From a virus (lineage: Duplodnaviria; Caudoviricetes): a DNA stretch of 64,000 nt. The translations under genes were made by a program, and so were the position numbers. Of the stretch, positions 10,329 to 19,985 are shown piece after piece. The DNA lies in the IMG/VR virus record IMGVR_UViG_3300010163_000003, positions 1 to 64,000 of that record. One strand, 5' to 3'. Below the pieces are notes generated by a model. The model ran no database searches. It had not been told where the DNA came from and worked only from the letters and a program-made list of their open reading frames with translations. The stretch's first letter is position 1. Each line of letters starts with the position of its first letter.

Positions 10329-10772
10329 ATGGAGTTTGATAATACACAATGCATGGATGATGAAGAACTGCGCAGAATGTTCGGTGATGCCGCTGAAGCG
10401 GTAAATGACACCATGGATTCTTTCAGTGATGAAATACCTGAAGAGCCAGTAACCGAAGAAGAAGTAAAGAGTGCTAAAAGCTATCTAAAGCAGTTCATGG
10501 ACTATATCAAAAGCGCTGGGTTCAAGAAAGATATAAATAACGCTGCCTATCAGTATCAAGTACCGCCGAAGAAAGTAGCACAAAACTTTTTCGAGGGAAT
10601 ACTCGGTACAATCGGAGATATCCTTGGTGTAGCAATAAGTACTGCGGGAAATGCTGCTCACACTCTTATTGATGTGCTTGCAACAGTAGCCCATGGCGCA
10701 GTGAATATTCTTGTGCATGTAGCACAGGGAATCGCCAGCTTCTTCACTCTCAATAAAACGAAGATAGCATAA
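10329..10772 (+). CDS. Hypothetical protein with amphipathic/hydrophobic C-terminal half
   Basis: gaaaggag RBS. Confidence 0.6.
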   Translation: MEFDNTQCMDDEELRRMFGDAAEAVNDTMDSFSDEIPEEPVTEEEVKSAKSYLKQFMDYIKSAGFKKDINNAAYQYQVPPKKVAQNFFEGILGTIGDILGVAISTAGNAAHTLIDVLATVAHGAVNILVHVAQGIASFFTLNKTKIA

Positions 10773-10815
10773 AAACGCTTGGCTAACGCCAAGCTATTGG
10801 ATTGGAGATGACAAT

Positions 10816-11073
10816 ATCTACAAATTTGCAGTAATAACCACATACTCGTTTGATTCAGAAGCTTCAGTATATTTATTTGAAGATATAACATCAGCAAGAA
10901 AATTCCTTAAAGAAATATACGAAAAAACAAAAGCGCTTGAGGAAGGAGAAGATGAGTATGATACCGAAGGAGAAATCTCTGATGAAGGGTGGTATGCAAG
11001 TGTAACGAATTATTTTCCAGACCGATATGAAACGATTGAATTCCGTATAGGAGAAATCAAAAATAATAAATAA
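10816..11073 (+). CDS. Hypothetical 85-aa protein with non-canonical start (ATC), or start-codon-mutated pseudogene
   Basis: Open frame IYKFAVITTYSFDSE...IGEIKNNK* after ggag RBS; fills an otherwise empty gap. Confidence 0.45.
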   Translation: MYKFAVITTYSFDSEASVYLFEDITSARKFLKEIYEKTKALEEGEDEYDTEGEISDEGWYASVTNYFPDRYETIEFRIGEIKNNK

Positions 11074-11092
11074 TTAAAAGGAGAAAAATAAA

Positions 11093-11869
11093 ATGGAAAG
11101 CTTTATCAATGTAGTAAGAACTGGTTCTCTCATCGCTCCGTATAAGTGCGAAAAGCGTACAGGGGCAAACGGCTCTTTCGAGTCTAAGTCTATCTGCTTT
11201 AATGTGGCGGTGGATCGTGAACAGACTCAGATCGTAAACGAAAACGGACAGAATGTACGCAGGCCCATCACTGACTGGTTCGCAATGCGTGTCGTAGGAA
11301 ACGCGGCAGACATTATGAACACGTATGGCACAGCAACAAATAACGGCAAGCTCATTTCTCGCCGCCTCTTGGTTGGTGGACACATTGAGCGCTATGACAG
11401 GACATGGACGAATCCAAAAGGCAAAATCAAGGCATTTGATGTAACTCTACCTGACGGGAAGATATATACCATTCCTGAACATGAAGGCCCGACCGAGGAA
11501 ACCTACAAGGAAACCATTCTGGTTATAACCAGTGTAAAGTTCCTTGACAGTAATCCTGTTAAAGCAACCGGAACAACTACGATTCCCAGCGGCACGCCTA
11601 TCATGGCACAGCCTGTGGCAACGCCAACAAATGGCATAGCGACAATAGCATCTGCAACGCCAGTAGGCAAGGCAGAAAGCCCTGCTCCAGTACAGAACGC
11701 TCCGATAACGAATTTCGCAGAACAGGTACAGCAAGCGGCGGCAAAAGTTGCTGCGGAACAGAATGCCAAGCCTGAAAACGAACAACCTATCGGAATGCCT
11801 ATGGGCATGGCAACTGCGCCCAGCGTAAGCAATGGCTTTACCGCAACAAGCGATACAGCACCTTTCTAA
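11093..11869 (+). CDS. SSB-like OB-fold protein with long low-complexity linker
   Basis: FNVAVDR...TDWF..RVVG..A..M, LLVGGHI; acidic C-terminal DTAPF tail. Confidence 0.65.
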   Translation: MESFINVVRTGSLIAPYKCEKRTGANGSFESKSICFNVAVDREQTQIVNENGQNVRRPITDWFAMRVVGNAADIMNTYGTATNNGKLISRRLLVGGHIERYDRTWTNPKGKIKAFDVTLPDGKIYTIPEHEGPTEETYKETILVITSVKFLDSNPVKATGTTTIPSGTPIMAQPVATPTNGIATIASATPVGKAESPAPVQNAPITNFAEQVQQAAAKVAAEQNAKPENEQPIGMPMGMATAPSVSNGFTATSDTAPF

Positions 11870-11942
11870 CAGAAATAATCCCCTCTCTAACCAGAATCTA
11901 ACCATTCTAATCAGAGAGGGGAATTATAATTATAACATAGTA

Positions 11943-11971
11943 TTGCATTTTTAGATTTCCCATAGTATAAT
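11943..11971 (+). promoter_or_regulatory. SigA-type promoter
   Basis: TTGCAT-17bp-TATAAT upstream of 11993. Confidence 0.65.
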
Positions 11972-11992
11972 CATCACAAGGAGCGTGATATT

Positions 11993-12556
11993 ATGGCTAC
12001 GGAGCAAGAAATCCAAGACTTCTTAATACAAGAACCTGGATATAAAGAAGGATTGGAAATCTTTAAAAATTTAGACACTAACGCTCATCATGAAGCTGAA
12101 GAATTAGCAAAACTCATGATTGAGAAAATTGTCCGTAAAGAGGATGAATTTAATTTATCTACAGCACTCCTCGCAACGGCAAAAACATTAACGCATCTTA
12201 CCTCTTACCTGTATGATACAGAAGAAGAATTTCTTGCAGATGTCAAGAAAGCTCGTTCTTGTATCGTTACAGACATAGTTCCAGCACTGCTCGACCCACA
12301 GCCTTGTGGCAAATGCGAAAATTGCAAGAATGGCAATCCCGCAGAATGCAAAGACCCACAAGTCAGAGCAGAGTACACAGAAACCCGTTTCTTGCCTTTA
12401 GTGTGTGACATGCTTATCGAATATGATATGTTCAATAAAGTATTGCATATGCACGCATTAAAGGAAAAGAACGCGGCTAACGCCGCGCAACAGGAAGCCA
12501 AAGAACAAGATCCTATGCATACAAAAGATGCAGAAAAGAACAAAGAAACAGAATGA
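11993..12556 (+). CDS. Hypothetical protein (CxxCxxC cluster)
   Basis: aaggag RBS. Confidence 0.6.
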   Translation: MATEQEIQDFLIQEPGYKEGLEIFKNLDTNAHHEAEELAKLMIEKIVRKEDEFNLSTALLATAKTLTHLTSYLYDTEEEFLADVKKARSCIVTDIVPALLDPQPCGKCENCKNGNPAECKDPQVRAEYTETRFLPLVCDMLIEYDMFNKVLHMHALKEKNAANAAQQEAKEQDPMHTKDAEKNKETE

Positions 12557-12641
12557 TATAAATATTTTGCGACGTGGCTTTTCCAATCAAAAATATTTTG
12601 TGGCATGGCTTTTCAATCCGATAAGGAACAGGTGAAGACAA

Positions 12642-13151
12642 ATGGCAATGAGTGAAAAAGACCAGAACTTAAAATCTGGCCCTTTACAAATTACAACCGA
12701 AGACTTTTACTTTAACAATATCAGACCATATGCGCTAGAAGTTATGGTTAAATGTCGAACCGATAAAGAACTTACTCGCACTATTGAAAAAGTACTCAAT
12801 GCAAGTGATTCCTTTTGCCAGTCAGGAGCATATACATTAGTATCCGATTCTTTTGATGTGCTCAATACTGCAATTACAGACCCTAATTATTTCAATGGCG
12901 CAATGAGAACAGCTCCAGAAGAAGAAAAAGAACTTGTTCGAGGTTTAGCTGAAAAAATATCAGACCTCAAAATGATTATTCAATTTGATGGCGAAAAATC
13001 AAAACCCGAACCTAAAATTAAGGATAGGCTTAATTTTGATCCAGACAAAACACCTTGGGGAGAAAACAAGGACTATCCTATGCATAATATGAAAACTCTT
13101 AACGAGCCACACCCTAAACAACGTATCCCTAATAAAACAGCATATTCCTAA
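12642..13151 (+). CDS. Hypothetical protein
   Basis: ORF with RBS. Confidence 0.55.
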   Translation: MAMSEKDQNLKSGPLQITTEDFYFNNIRPYALEVMVKCRTDKELTRTIEKVLNASDSFCQSGAYTLVSDSFDVLNTAITDPNYFNGAMRTAPEEEKELVRGLAEKISDLKMIIQFDGEKSKPEPKIKDRLNFDPDKTPWGENKDYPMHNMKTLNEPHPKQRIPNKTAYS

Positions 13152-13177
13152 TAAATTTAAAAAAGAAAGGAATTCAA

Positions 13178-14032
13178 ATGGATATTGGAATCAATACTGG
13201 ACTTATCTTTTCTGCTCTTCCTCATGATAGACAAAAAGAAATAGTCCATACTCTACTCATCAACCCAGATAAACGTAATAACATAAAAACAATGATTGTT
13301 GCAATTGGGAAAGACGATGAATCTCAGCGTCTTGATATTGATGCGTTAATTGAAAATGAAGGCATCGAAGCCGCAGAAGATCTTCTCATTAACATTATGT
13401 CTAGTTCCGCATGTAGCACTCATATGTTGGACGCAAACGCCATAGATGAACTTATGGAAAAAGTCAGAAATGGCACAGCGACTAAAGAAGAGAAATGCAT
13501 TGCCGAACAAATTATGGGTGAAATGATGACTGCAATGAATGGAACACATGAATTCATCACTATTCTTACCCAAATTATTTTGGATTTAATGCATTATGTT
13601 AATGAAACAGGATTGCATGTCTCTCACATTAATGATATCATTGTGGGCATATATCTGCTTTCAATTGGTATAATGTGCAACAATCCAAAAAGCGTTATGT
13701 ATAAGCACAAGGACAATACTCCTTCGCAAAATCTTGCAATAGGAGAACAAATTGCTCAAGACATTCAGAAATGCCTTGAAGAACACCTCTGGAAAGATAC
13801 TGATGTGCCCGCTGAATATAAAACACTTGGCGCATTAAAATATATAGAAAAGGTTTCAGCAGGCAACCCTGGCATGTTTGGAAATGATGTAAAAGCAATA
13901 GCTAATTTTCTTGGCCTTGAGCATGATTTTATATCAGCAGAAGAAATAAATAGTAAAGCAAAAGAAGCCAGAGAAAAACAAAATAAAAGCTATATTGATG
14001 AAGACCTTCCAAGATTCGATAAGATGTTCTAA
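13178..14032 (+). CDS. Hypothetical protein
   Basis: gaaagg RBS, 284 aa. Confidence 0.6.
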   Translation: MDIGINTGLIFSALPHDRQKEIVHTLLINPDKRNNIKTMIVAIGKDDESQRLDIDALIENEGIEAAEDLLINIMSSSACSTHMLDANAIDELMEKVRNGTATKEEKCIAEQIMGEMMTAMNGTHEFITILTQIILDLMHYVNETGLHVSHINDIIVGIYLLSIGIMCNNPKSVMYKHKDNTPSQNLAIGEQIAQDIQKCLEEHLWKDTDVPAEYKTLGALKYIEKVSAGNPGMFGNDVKAIANFLGLEHDFISAEEINSKAKEAREKQNKSYIDEDLPRFDKMF

Positions 14033-14046
14033 AGAAGGTATCATTA

Positions 14047-14271
14047 ATGCTTGAACCAATTGAATGTCAAATATTCAGTGGGTATCATTATGAACACGTA
14101 ATGCAAGATGTAAATAAACAATTGAAATTACGTGAGGGATGGATGATTCATGGGGAATTGCAAATAACGTCCACGGTAAATGGACCACTTTACTCAATTC
14201 TTCTTGAACGTTTTAATCTTTCTGATGTTAAAAATGAATTTAAAAACCTTCCTGATAAAACTGAAAAATGA
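14047..14271 (+). CDS. Hypothetical protein
   Basis: ORF with RBS. Confidence 0.5.
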   Translation: MLEPIECQIFSGYHYEHVMQDVNKQLKLREGWMIHGELQITSTVNGPLYSILLERFNLSDVKNEFKNLPDKTEK

Positions 14272-14274
14272 ATC

Positions 14275-14303
14275 TTGACTGTACTGTCAAACTATGTTAC
14301 AAT
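14275..14303 (+). promoter_or_regulatory. SigA-type promoter upstream of tRNA-Pro
   Basis: TTGACT-17bp-TACAAT with extended TG. Confidence 0.6.
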
Positions 14304-14378
14304 AATCATGTCCCATTTAAGCGTCTTCTTTTTTACTTTGTATCCTTACCTGCGGCTGGCCCCGCACCAGCCGCACAT

Positions 14379-14456
14379 CCAGGTTTAGCGCAGTTTGGCT
14401 AGCGTACATGCTTTGGGAGCATGGGGTCGTGAGTTCAAATCTCACAACCTGGACCA
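14379..14456 (+). tRNA. tRNA-Pro(UGG)
   Basis: Acceptor ccaggtt/aacctgg, anticodon arm catgc-tttggga-gcatg, T-arm gttcaaatc, CCA. Confidence 0.92.
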
Positions 14457-14583
14457 TTGAAGCTAGTTCCTCTTATATCGCAAAGATGTGTCAAGACAGG
14501 AATGGGCCTAAAAAATCTTCCTGCCCAAATCTAAAACAATATCGCGGCTAACGCCGCGATTATGAAATAAATACAAATCAGAG

Positions 14584-15435
14584 GTGAAATCTGTGGAGTT
14601 ACTAAAGAGTCCCATGAATTATACTGGGAATAAATTTAAGTTACTTCCTCAAATTTTGCCTCTTTTCCCATCTAACATTGATATCTTTGTAGATTTATTC
14701 TGTGGAGGTCTCGACGTAGCTATTAACGTCGATGCTAAACAGAAAATCTGTAATGATATAGAAAGACCCCTCATAGACCTATATAACTATCTTTCATCCG
14801 TTGACGGAAATCATATACATAATCTAATCTTGAGAATTATACATGCTTATCAGTTGAGTAAGACTAACAAAGATGGCTATCTTCAGCTTAGACAAGATTA
14901 TAACAAGACTAAGAATCCTATCTTGCTTTATACTCTTCTTTGTTACAGTTTTAATAACCAATCTCGTTTCAACTCGAAAGGCATGTTTAATATTCCCTTT
15001 GGGAAAAGGGAGTACAACGTGAAATTGCAGAAAAGACTTCCTGCCTTCACGGATAGATTGGATTCTACGTATGCATTTAGCAGCGTAGATTTTAGACAGT
15101 TTTCATTTAGATCTATGGGGTTAACGCAAAACTCATTCGTTTACGTTGACCCCCCTTACTTAATAACCACAGCTACATATACAGAGAATAACCACTGGTC
15201 TTTAAAGGATGAAGAAGATTTACTATCTACCTTAGACCAATTACATAAAGAAGGCATTAAATTTGGTTTATCAAATATAATGCAACGGAACAATAAAACT
15301 AATACATTATTAAAGAACTTTGCTTCTAATTATAATGTACATGAAATAGATAGCGATTATATGCACTGCTCTTATCACAAAAAAGATAGATACTCAGAAT
15401 ACACAAGAGAGGTATACATTTGCAATTATGATTAA
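14584..15435 (+). CDS. dam: Dam-family DNA adenine methyltransferase
   Basis: SPMNYTGNK, FVDLFCGG, YVDPPY motifs. Confidence 0.88.
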   Translation: MKSVELLKSPMNYTGNKFKLLPQILPLFPSNIDIFVDLFCGGLDVAINVDAKQKICNDIERPLIDLYNYLSSVDGNHIHNLILRIIHAYQLSKTNKDGYLQLRQDYNKTKNPILLYTLLCYSFNNQSRFNSKGMFNIPFGKREYNVKLQKRLPAFTDRLDSTYAFSSVDFRQFSFRSMGLTQNSFVYVDPPYLITTATYTENNHWSLKDEEDLLSTLDQLHKEGIKFGLSNIMQRNNKTNTLLKNFASNYNVHEIDSDYMHCSYHKKDRYSEYTREVYICNYD

Positions 15436-15661
15436 TCCAAGAGACATTCAAGATATGCTCGAAATGGGTATGTCATTCAATAACGTAGATTTTACGCCAG
15501 ACTCCAACCGAGAACAACCTAATGCTCGTTATGACAGGTATCAGAGATATATTGACAATATAGAGCCTCTGTTTAGCGAATTCGGAGATGGCTGGGGCGG
15601 CAGTACAGAAGCTAGAGATATGGCAATGAAAGTTTGCCCATATGAAGACTGGATGGAATAA
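15428..15661 (+). CDS. Hypothetical protein
   Basis: gaggt RBS, overlaps the dam stop. Confidence 0.5.
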   Translation: MINPRDIQDMLEMGMSFNNVDFTPDSNREQPNARYDRYQRYIDNIEPLFSEFGDGWGGSTEARDMAMKVCPYEDWME

Positions 15662-15674
15662 GGAGAATAATTAA

Positions 15675-16142
15675 ATGGATAGCTACATTGGAATAGAAAT
15701 GGTACAAGCAAAACCATGTAAAGCGTGGGTTCCTGTTGACGGATACAAACAAGGAGAACCTGGCTATAGCGTTATCTATCCAAATGGGTATAGTAAATGG
15801 AGTCCAAAAGACATTTTTGAGAAAACCTATTTAAAAGTAACTAATAATCCTCATATGAAGACTAGTGCACCTAGTATCAGTCAAGAAATGGTTGATGATT
15901 TCATAGCTCATACGGAAGTCATCACAATGGGCGATAAAAATACAGTTGTGCGTGCTGTTCTTAAAAACGGTTTTGAAATCGTAGAAAGTTCGGCTTGCGT
16001 AAGCGCAGAGAATTACGATGAAGCTTATGGCGCAAAAATCTGCATGGAGAAAATAAAAGATAAAGTGTGGATACTTTTGGGCTTTTTACTTCAAACAGCA
16101 ATACATGGAATAACATACAATGAATCTAATCAAAGAGAGTGA
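15675..16142 (+). CDS. Phage Gp49-like family protein
   Basis: GY.V.YP.GY..WSPK.FE N-terminus plus L.NGFEI..SACVS.ENYD...G..IC C-terminus. Confidence 0.7.
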   Translation: MDSYIGIEMVQAKPCKAWVPVDGYKQGEPGYSVIYPNGYSKWSPKDIFEKTYLKVTNNPHMKTSAPSISQEMVDDFIAHTEVITMGDKNTVVRAVLKNGFEIVESSACVSAENYDEAYGAKICMEKIKDKVWILLGFLLQTAIHGITYNESNQRE

Positions 16143-16748
16143 ATAAAAATGAAAAAATATAATATCATTAAAGCAATGCTTAAAAATGACTATTCTGTAT
16201 GTAGATAAATGACATGGGACGTGGGATACGATAATCGGCCTCTGAAGAAGAGGTAATCAAACAATTATTACGACAAAGAAATCTGCATGAATTTTTACTC
16301 CTATATTTGTTATTTTGCAGCTTCCATGGGTATTTTGTCCTTTCAGGGGATTTACCAAAATCCATTTATTTCACCTTTTCGGAATATAACGGCATCCTTT
16401 ATTTTGGTATATAGTTCGGCATGATGTAACTCATCTCATGCATATATTGTCGATAATGTTGTTAGCGCAGAGAGAAACTGCCCGTAATGAGGTTTGACTC
16501 CTCAACGTCCTACCATAAAAATGGCGGCTAACGCCGCCCATTTGGAATTATATTATTGTTTTAAAAAGACTTATAATGGGGATCTACTATAGGCATACAA
16601 GAAAAAATCTAAAAATAAACAAAGTCGGCCAATACACCGTATGCCTTGTACTTTATAGTAGCTGTAAGAATGGTACTACCCATGTTCCTGCCCAGAATAA
16701 TATATTTTTCATATATATTATTAATTACAGAAAGGAGAGCGTATTTCA

Positions 16749-16961
16749 ATGTTTAACAATATGCGCCGTGTTATTACATCTTTAATGCGCTCACTTTGTG
16801 TAATGGCGCATTATGAGCCGAAGAAATATAGTTTGATCATGGAGTGTTCAGGTACGAAGATTCACAAAGAAACATTAGAGGGTATTCGCCCCCAGGATAC
16901 AGCGCCGCTTGCGCCGTATGGATATGCTTCTTTGTATTATCGTAACCTGGTTCCTACTTAG
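16749..16961 (+). CDS. Small hypothetical protein, possible leader peptide
   Basis: gaaaggag RBS, 70 aa. Confidence 0.5.
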   Translation: MFNNMRRVITSLMRSLCVMAHYEPKKYSLIMECSGTKIHKETLEGIRPQDTAPLAPYGYASLYYRNLVPT

Positions 16962-17045
16962 CGCTTCGGCGCTATAAGGTCTATGTTTATCTATATTTAT
17001 TCTTGTTTATGTTTATTTATTTACACTCCAAAGGAGAATTTTAAT

Positions 17046-17075
17046 ATGAAGTACCGGTTTTCACACCCGCCGTAG
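17046..17075 (+). CDS. 9-codon mini-ORF MKYRFSHPP*
   Basis: Strong aaaggag RBS with normal spacing. Confidence 0.35.
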   Translation: MKYRFSHPP

Positions 17076-17539
17076 CTGCGGACGTGTATATGATTTTTGT
17101 TATTTTATATTGTATATTTATATTTTTAGGGGCTGTAGGAGAAAGACAACTTCTTCAAAAAACTCGTTAAGACATTACATGCTGCAACATGCTGGTTCAC
17201 TTAAAAATGTGAAAAATAAAGAATAATTCGCCCCGCCAATGTTGGCGTATCCATACATCGAAATTGATGGAATGTCCGTAACAATACTAAAAATGTTGCC
17301 ATATTGTTACCGGGTGGACGAGATATGTTCGGCAATGCGCCAACACTTATATTTTTTATTATTATTTATGTTTTCTTTAAAGTGTTAAGAATCCGATAAG
17401 GTTGATGCAGTATTATATTCATGAATACAAAAAATTATCAAGCAATCTATTATAGTATGTCGTAGCGATAAGCCAACTGTACACGCTATTCATAGAATGT
17501 AATGCTGCACAACCTATGGCCATAAAAAGAGGTATTTAC

Positions 17540-17779
17540 ATGAGACTAACATCAAGTTTTGCTAGAAGTTTATACAAGCCAGATACCGCAGAAGAAAATC
17601 TTGGCATCCGTGTAATTCATTATTCCACAGGAAGAGTTCTTTTTGATGGTACTATAACAAAACTTCCAAAATGGGATGATATCGAAAACAAATACAATAT
17701 CGTTGAAATAAAACGTAGTAAAATATTACAACGCGAAAAACCATTATACAATCGTGATATTGTTATTACAGTAATATAA
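17540..17779 (+). CDS. Hypothetical protein
   Basis: gaggt RBS before ATG 17540. Confidence 0.5.
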   Translation: MRLTSSFARSLYKPDTAEENLGIRVIHYSTGRVLFDGTITKLPKWDDIENKYNIVEIKRSKILQREKPLYNRDIVITVI

Positions 17780-17783
17780 AAAC

Positions 17784-17859
17784 GGAGAGGCAGCATGGTT
17801 GAGGTCATGCGCCGGGACTCATACTCCCGGAGACGGGGGTTCGATTCCCCTCCCATCCA
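17784..17859 (+). tRNA. tRNA-Met(CAU), imperfect acceptor stem, no encoded CCA
   Basis: Anticodon arm cggga-ctcatac-tcccg; T-arm ggggg-ttcgatt-cccct; two acceptor mismatches. Confidence 0.65.
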
Positions 17860-17862
17860 TAT

Positions 17863-18000
17863 GTCGGTATAGCTTAAGGTAAAGCAATTGTTTATTTTTA
17901 AACAATATTGAAAGGATAATAATTCCAAAGGGCTTTCATATGTTTAACTTCATTGTATAATAAACAATGTCTAACAGTTCAATTCTGTTTACCGACACCA
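17863..18000 (+). ncRNA. tRNA-like RNA with 62-nt insertion in the anticodon loop
   Basis: Perfect acceptor gtcggta/taccgac+ACCA, D-arm, 10-bp anticodon stem, T-arm aacag-ttcaatt-ctgtt. Confidence 0.65.
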
Positions 18001-18855
18001 TAGCCAGTGTATTAGTAAGATACACTTCCCGCCAGAGTTTTGTGCATGAATATACCTCCTAAAAATATTTTTCACATACTTACTAATACATTGGCTACAT
18101 TGCTTTCCACAATTTTTTCTTCTTTCTGCCACCGCAATCAGCGGTGGTCTATGGTCCCGAATCGTATGGGATGTTTCCCCAGTTCAATTCTGGGCGGGAC
18201 CACAGAACCCCTTGCTTTCTTACAGGTATGTTTGCGTTTGGGTAAAAACGGAGCTGGTAGCGATTTAGTTCCCTAGTGATTCCCTTGGGTAAGGTTCAAA
18301 AAGAAAGCCAGCAAGTAGCTATTCTTACCCGGAATAGTGAAAAAGTCACACTGTATAAACAAGTATTGAACATCATCCGTAAGAGTTAATCGCCTTATGG
18401 GTAATGGACAATACAGAGTGATGTGCGAGGACTGATTATCCTCTCTGGAGAGTCCCCAGAAGTGTGATATTAAAATTATCTATTGGAACGGCGAGTAATG
18501 TGCGTAGTACAAATGTTGGGGGCTTCAATCTCTCTGTTCCAAGTTTTATGCAAACCTTCGATATAAGTATGAATGGTCTTGTGGAGCGTTGATGTATGAG
18601 GAATAAGGTATCTTGAGAAGTAGCATATGGTCAGTGATAGTATGTGAAAATCTGGTGATACAAACTTCAATAACAGCGGAGCTTAGAAGCAAGGTATTGA
18701 ATTACTTATTGGTCAAGACTAAGTTGCTTGATACTGATTCTTGGGTTATATACCCAATCCGATAGGAGCAGTAAAGGAATGTTGTGGGGCATCCTGGTTG
18801 ATTAACAACTGGTGTCAATGGATGCAACATTACGCCGGGGGAAGCGTAATCTTAC

Positions 18856-18947
18856 GCTGTCATAGCTTAACGTAAAGCACCCTATAAAATAGTAATGATA
18901 TCTAAATCTATAATAGGGAGTTTTCAGTACAAATCTGACTGACAGCC
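18856..18947 (+). ncRNA. tRNA-like RNA with 27-nt anticodon loop
   Basis: Acceptor gctgtca/tgacagc, D-arm nearly identical to the 17863 element, stem ccctat/ataggg, degenerate T-arm. Confidence 0.55.
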
Positions 18948-19039
18948 ACTGTGGATAAGTTTTTATTATTATCCATGGGTAGCACCCCTCTATGTAATAT
19001 TGCCCAATGGTTCTTGTGATTTCTCCATTGGGCAAATAC

Positions 19040-19114
19040 AGAGGTATAGCCAAGAGGTAAGGCACTAGACTTTGACTCTATTATACGCAGGTTCGAATCC
19101 TGCTACCTCTGCCA
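19040..19114 (+). tRNA. tRNA-Gln(UUG)
   Basis: Acceptor agaggta/tacctct, anticodon loop ctttgac, ggttcgaatcc, CCA. Confidence 0.9.
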
Positions 19115-19193
19115 TGGACGAAAGTCCAATGAACGGTGAGAATTCGCCCTTCGTATTTTATCTTCTTTTATGGGTGGCTAACGCCACCCGTAT

Positions 19194-19268
19194 GGTCCGT
19201 TAGGCAAGCGGTTAAGCCACAGCCCTTTCAAGGCTGCATCGTGGGTTCAAATCCCGCACGGATCACCA
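19194..19268 (+). tRNA. tRNA-Glu(UUC)
   Basis: Anticodon arm cagcc-ctttcaa-ggctg, ggttcaaatcc, CCA. Confidence 0.92.
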
Positions 19269-19375
19269 CTCATGTCTCATTCCTCCAGTACAAGACATGA
19301 AACTTGCTGAATTGGGCATAATATTTGTTATGCCCAACATGCCGCTGTGGTGGAACAGGTAGACGCAAGGGACTT

Positions 19376-19985
19376 CGACAATTCTAGAAGAGGTGACAAG
19401 ACAATGAAAGTTATTAACATTTATACATGCCCCGATGGAAGAGTTAGGGCATATTGTAGAGATGATAATAATAATGTAAAAATTGTTTCGTACCCTCGAA
19501 TTCTAATGGAAGAGAAATTGGGCAGACCATTAGAGCCATATGAAGATGTTCATCATATCGATGGAAATAAGTTAAATAACTCTATTGATAATCTTGCTTT
19601 AATTAATCATGGGGATCATCAAAAAATGCATATGGAACATGACACAAAATATCATAATAAAGAAATGACTTGTGATGTGTGTGGTAAAACTTTCATATGG
19701 ACTATAAAATCCCAAAGAAATTATTATTGTGATTTGAATAGAGGCAAAAATAGAATTATATCTTGTTCCAGAAAATGTAGCTCTTATTATGGTAGACAGG
19801 AGCAGCTTGGGAGGAATCCCAAGGCTGAATGCGGGCTAAACGGTGAACCCTTTCCCAATGGGAATACCGTGCCAAATAAGTGAAAACTTATGTGTGTAGA
19901 GAATATACACCCGCCATCCAGAACGGATGAAGATTGATTCCAGACCACAAAACTTTAAATAGGTAGCGAAAGCTATAGTGGTACG
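19376..19985 (+). ncRNA. Group I intron in the tRNA-Leu anticodon, HNH-containing
   Basis: U|...G| boundaries inside the anticodon; R-like gtagagaata about 19895-19904 and S-like aagattgattcc about 19930-19941. Confidence 0.8.
19404..19883 (+). CDS. Intron-encoded HNH homing endonuclease
   Basis: R.LMEEKLGRPL...VHHIDGNKLNN..DNL HNH motif plus C-terminal CxxC..CS..C; gaggtg RBS before ATG 19404. Confidence 0.85.
   Translation: MKVINIYTCPDGRVRAYCRDDNNNVKIVSYPRILMEEKLGRPLEPYEDVHHIDGNKLNNSIDNLALINHGDHQKMHMEHDTKYHNKEMTCDVCGKTFIWTIKSQRNYYCDLNRGKNRIISCSRKCSSYYGRQEQLGRNPKAECGLNGEPFPNGNTVPNK

Noticed and set aside
16450-16515. tRNA gene ending ...ggtttgactcctcaacgtcctacca
   Set aside because: Only a T-arm-like 3' half and CCA; no matching 5' acceptor strand or valid anticodon loop, so at most a remnant.
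16560-17500. T-box or other riboswitch
   Set aside because: No T-box consensus or recognisable aptamer seen.
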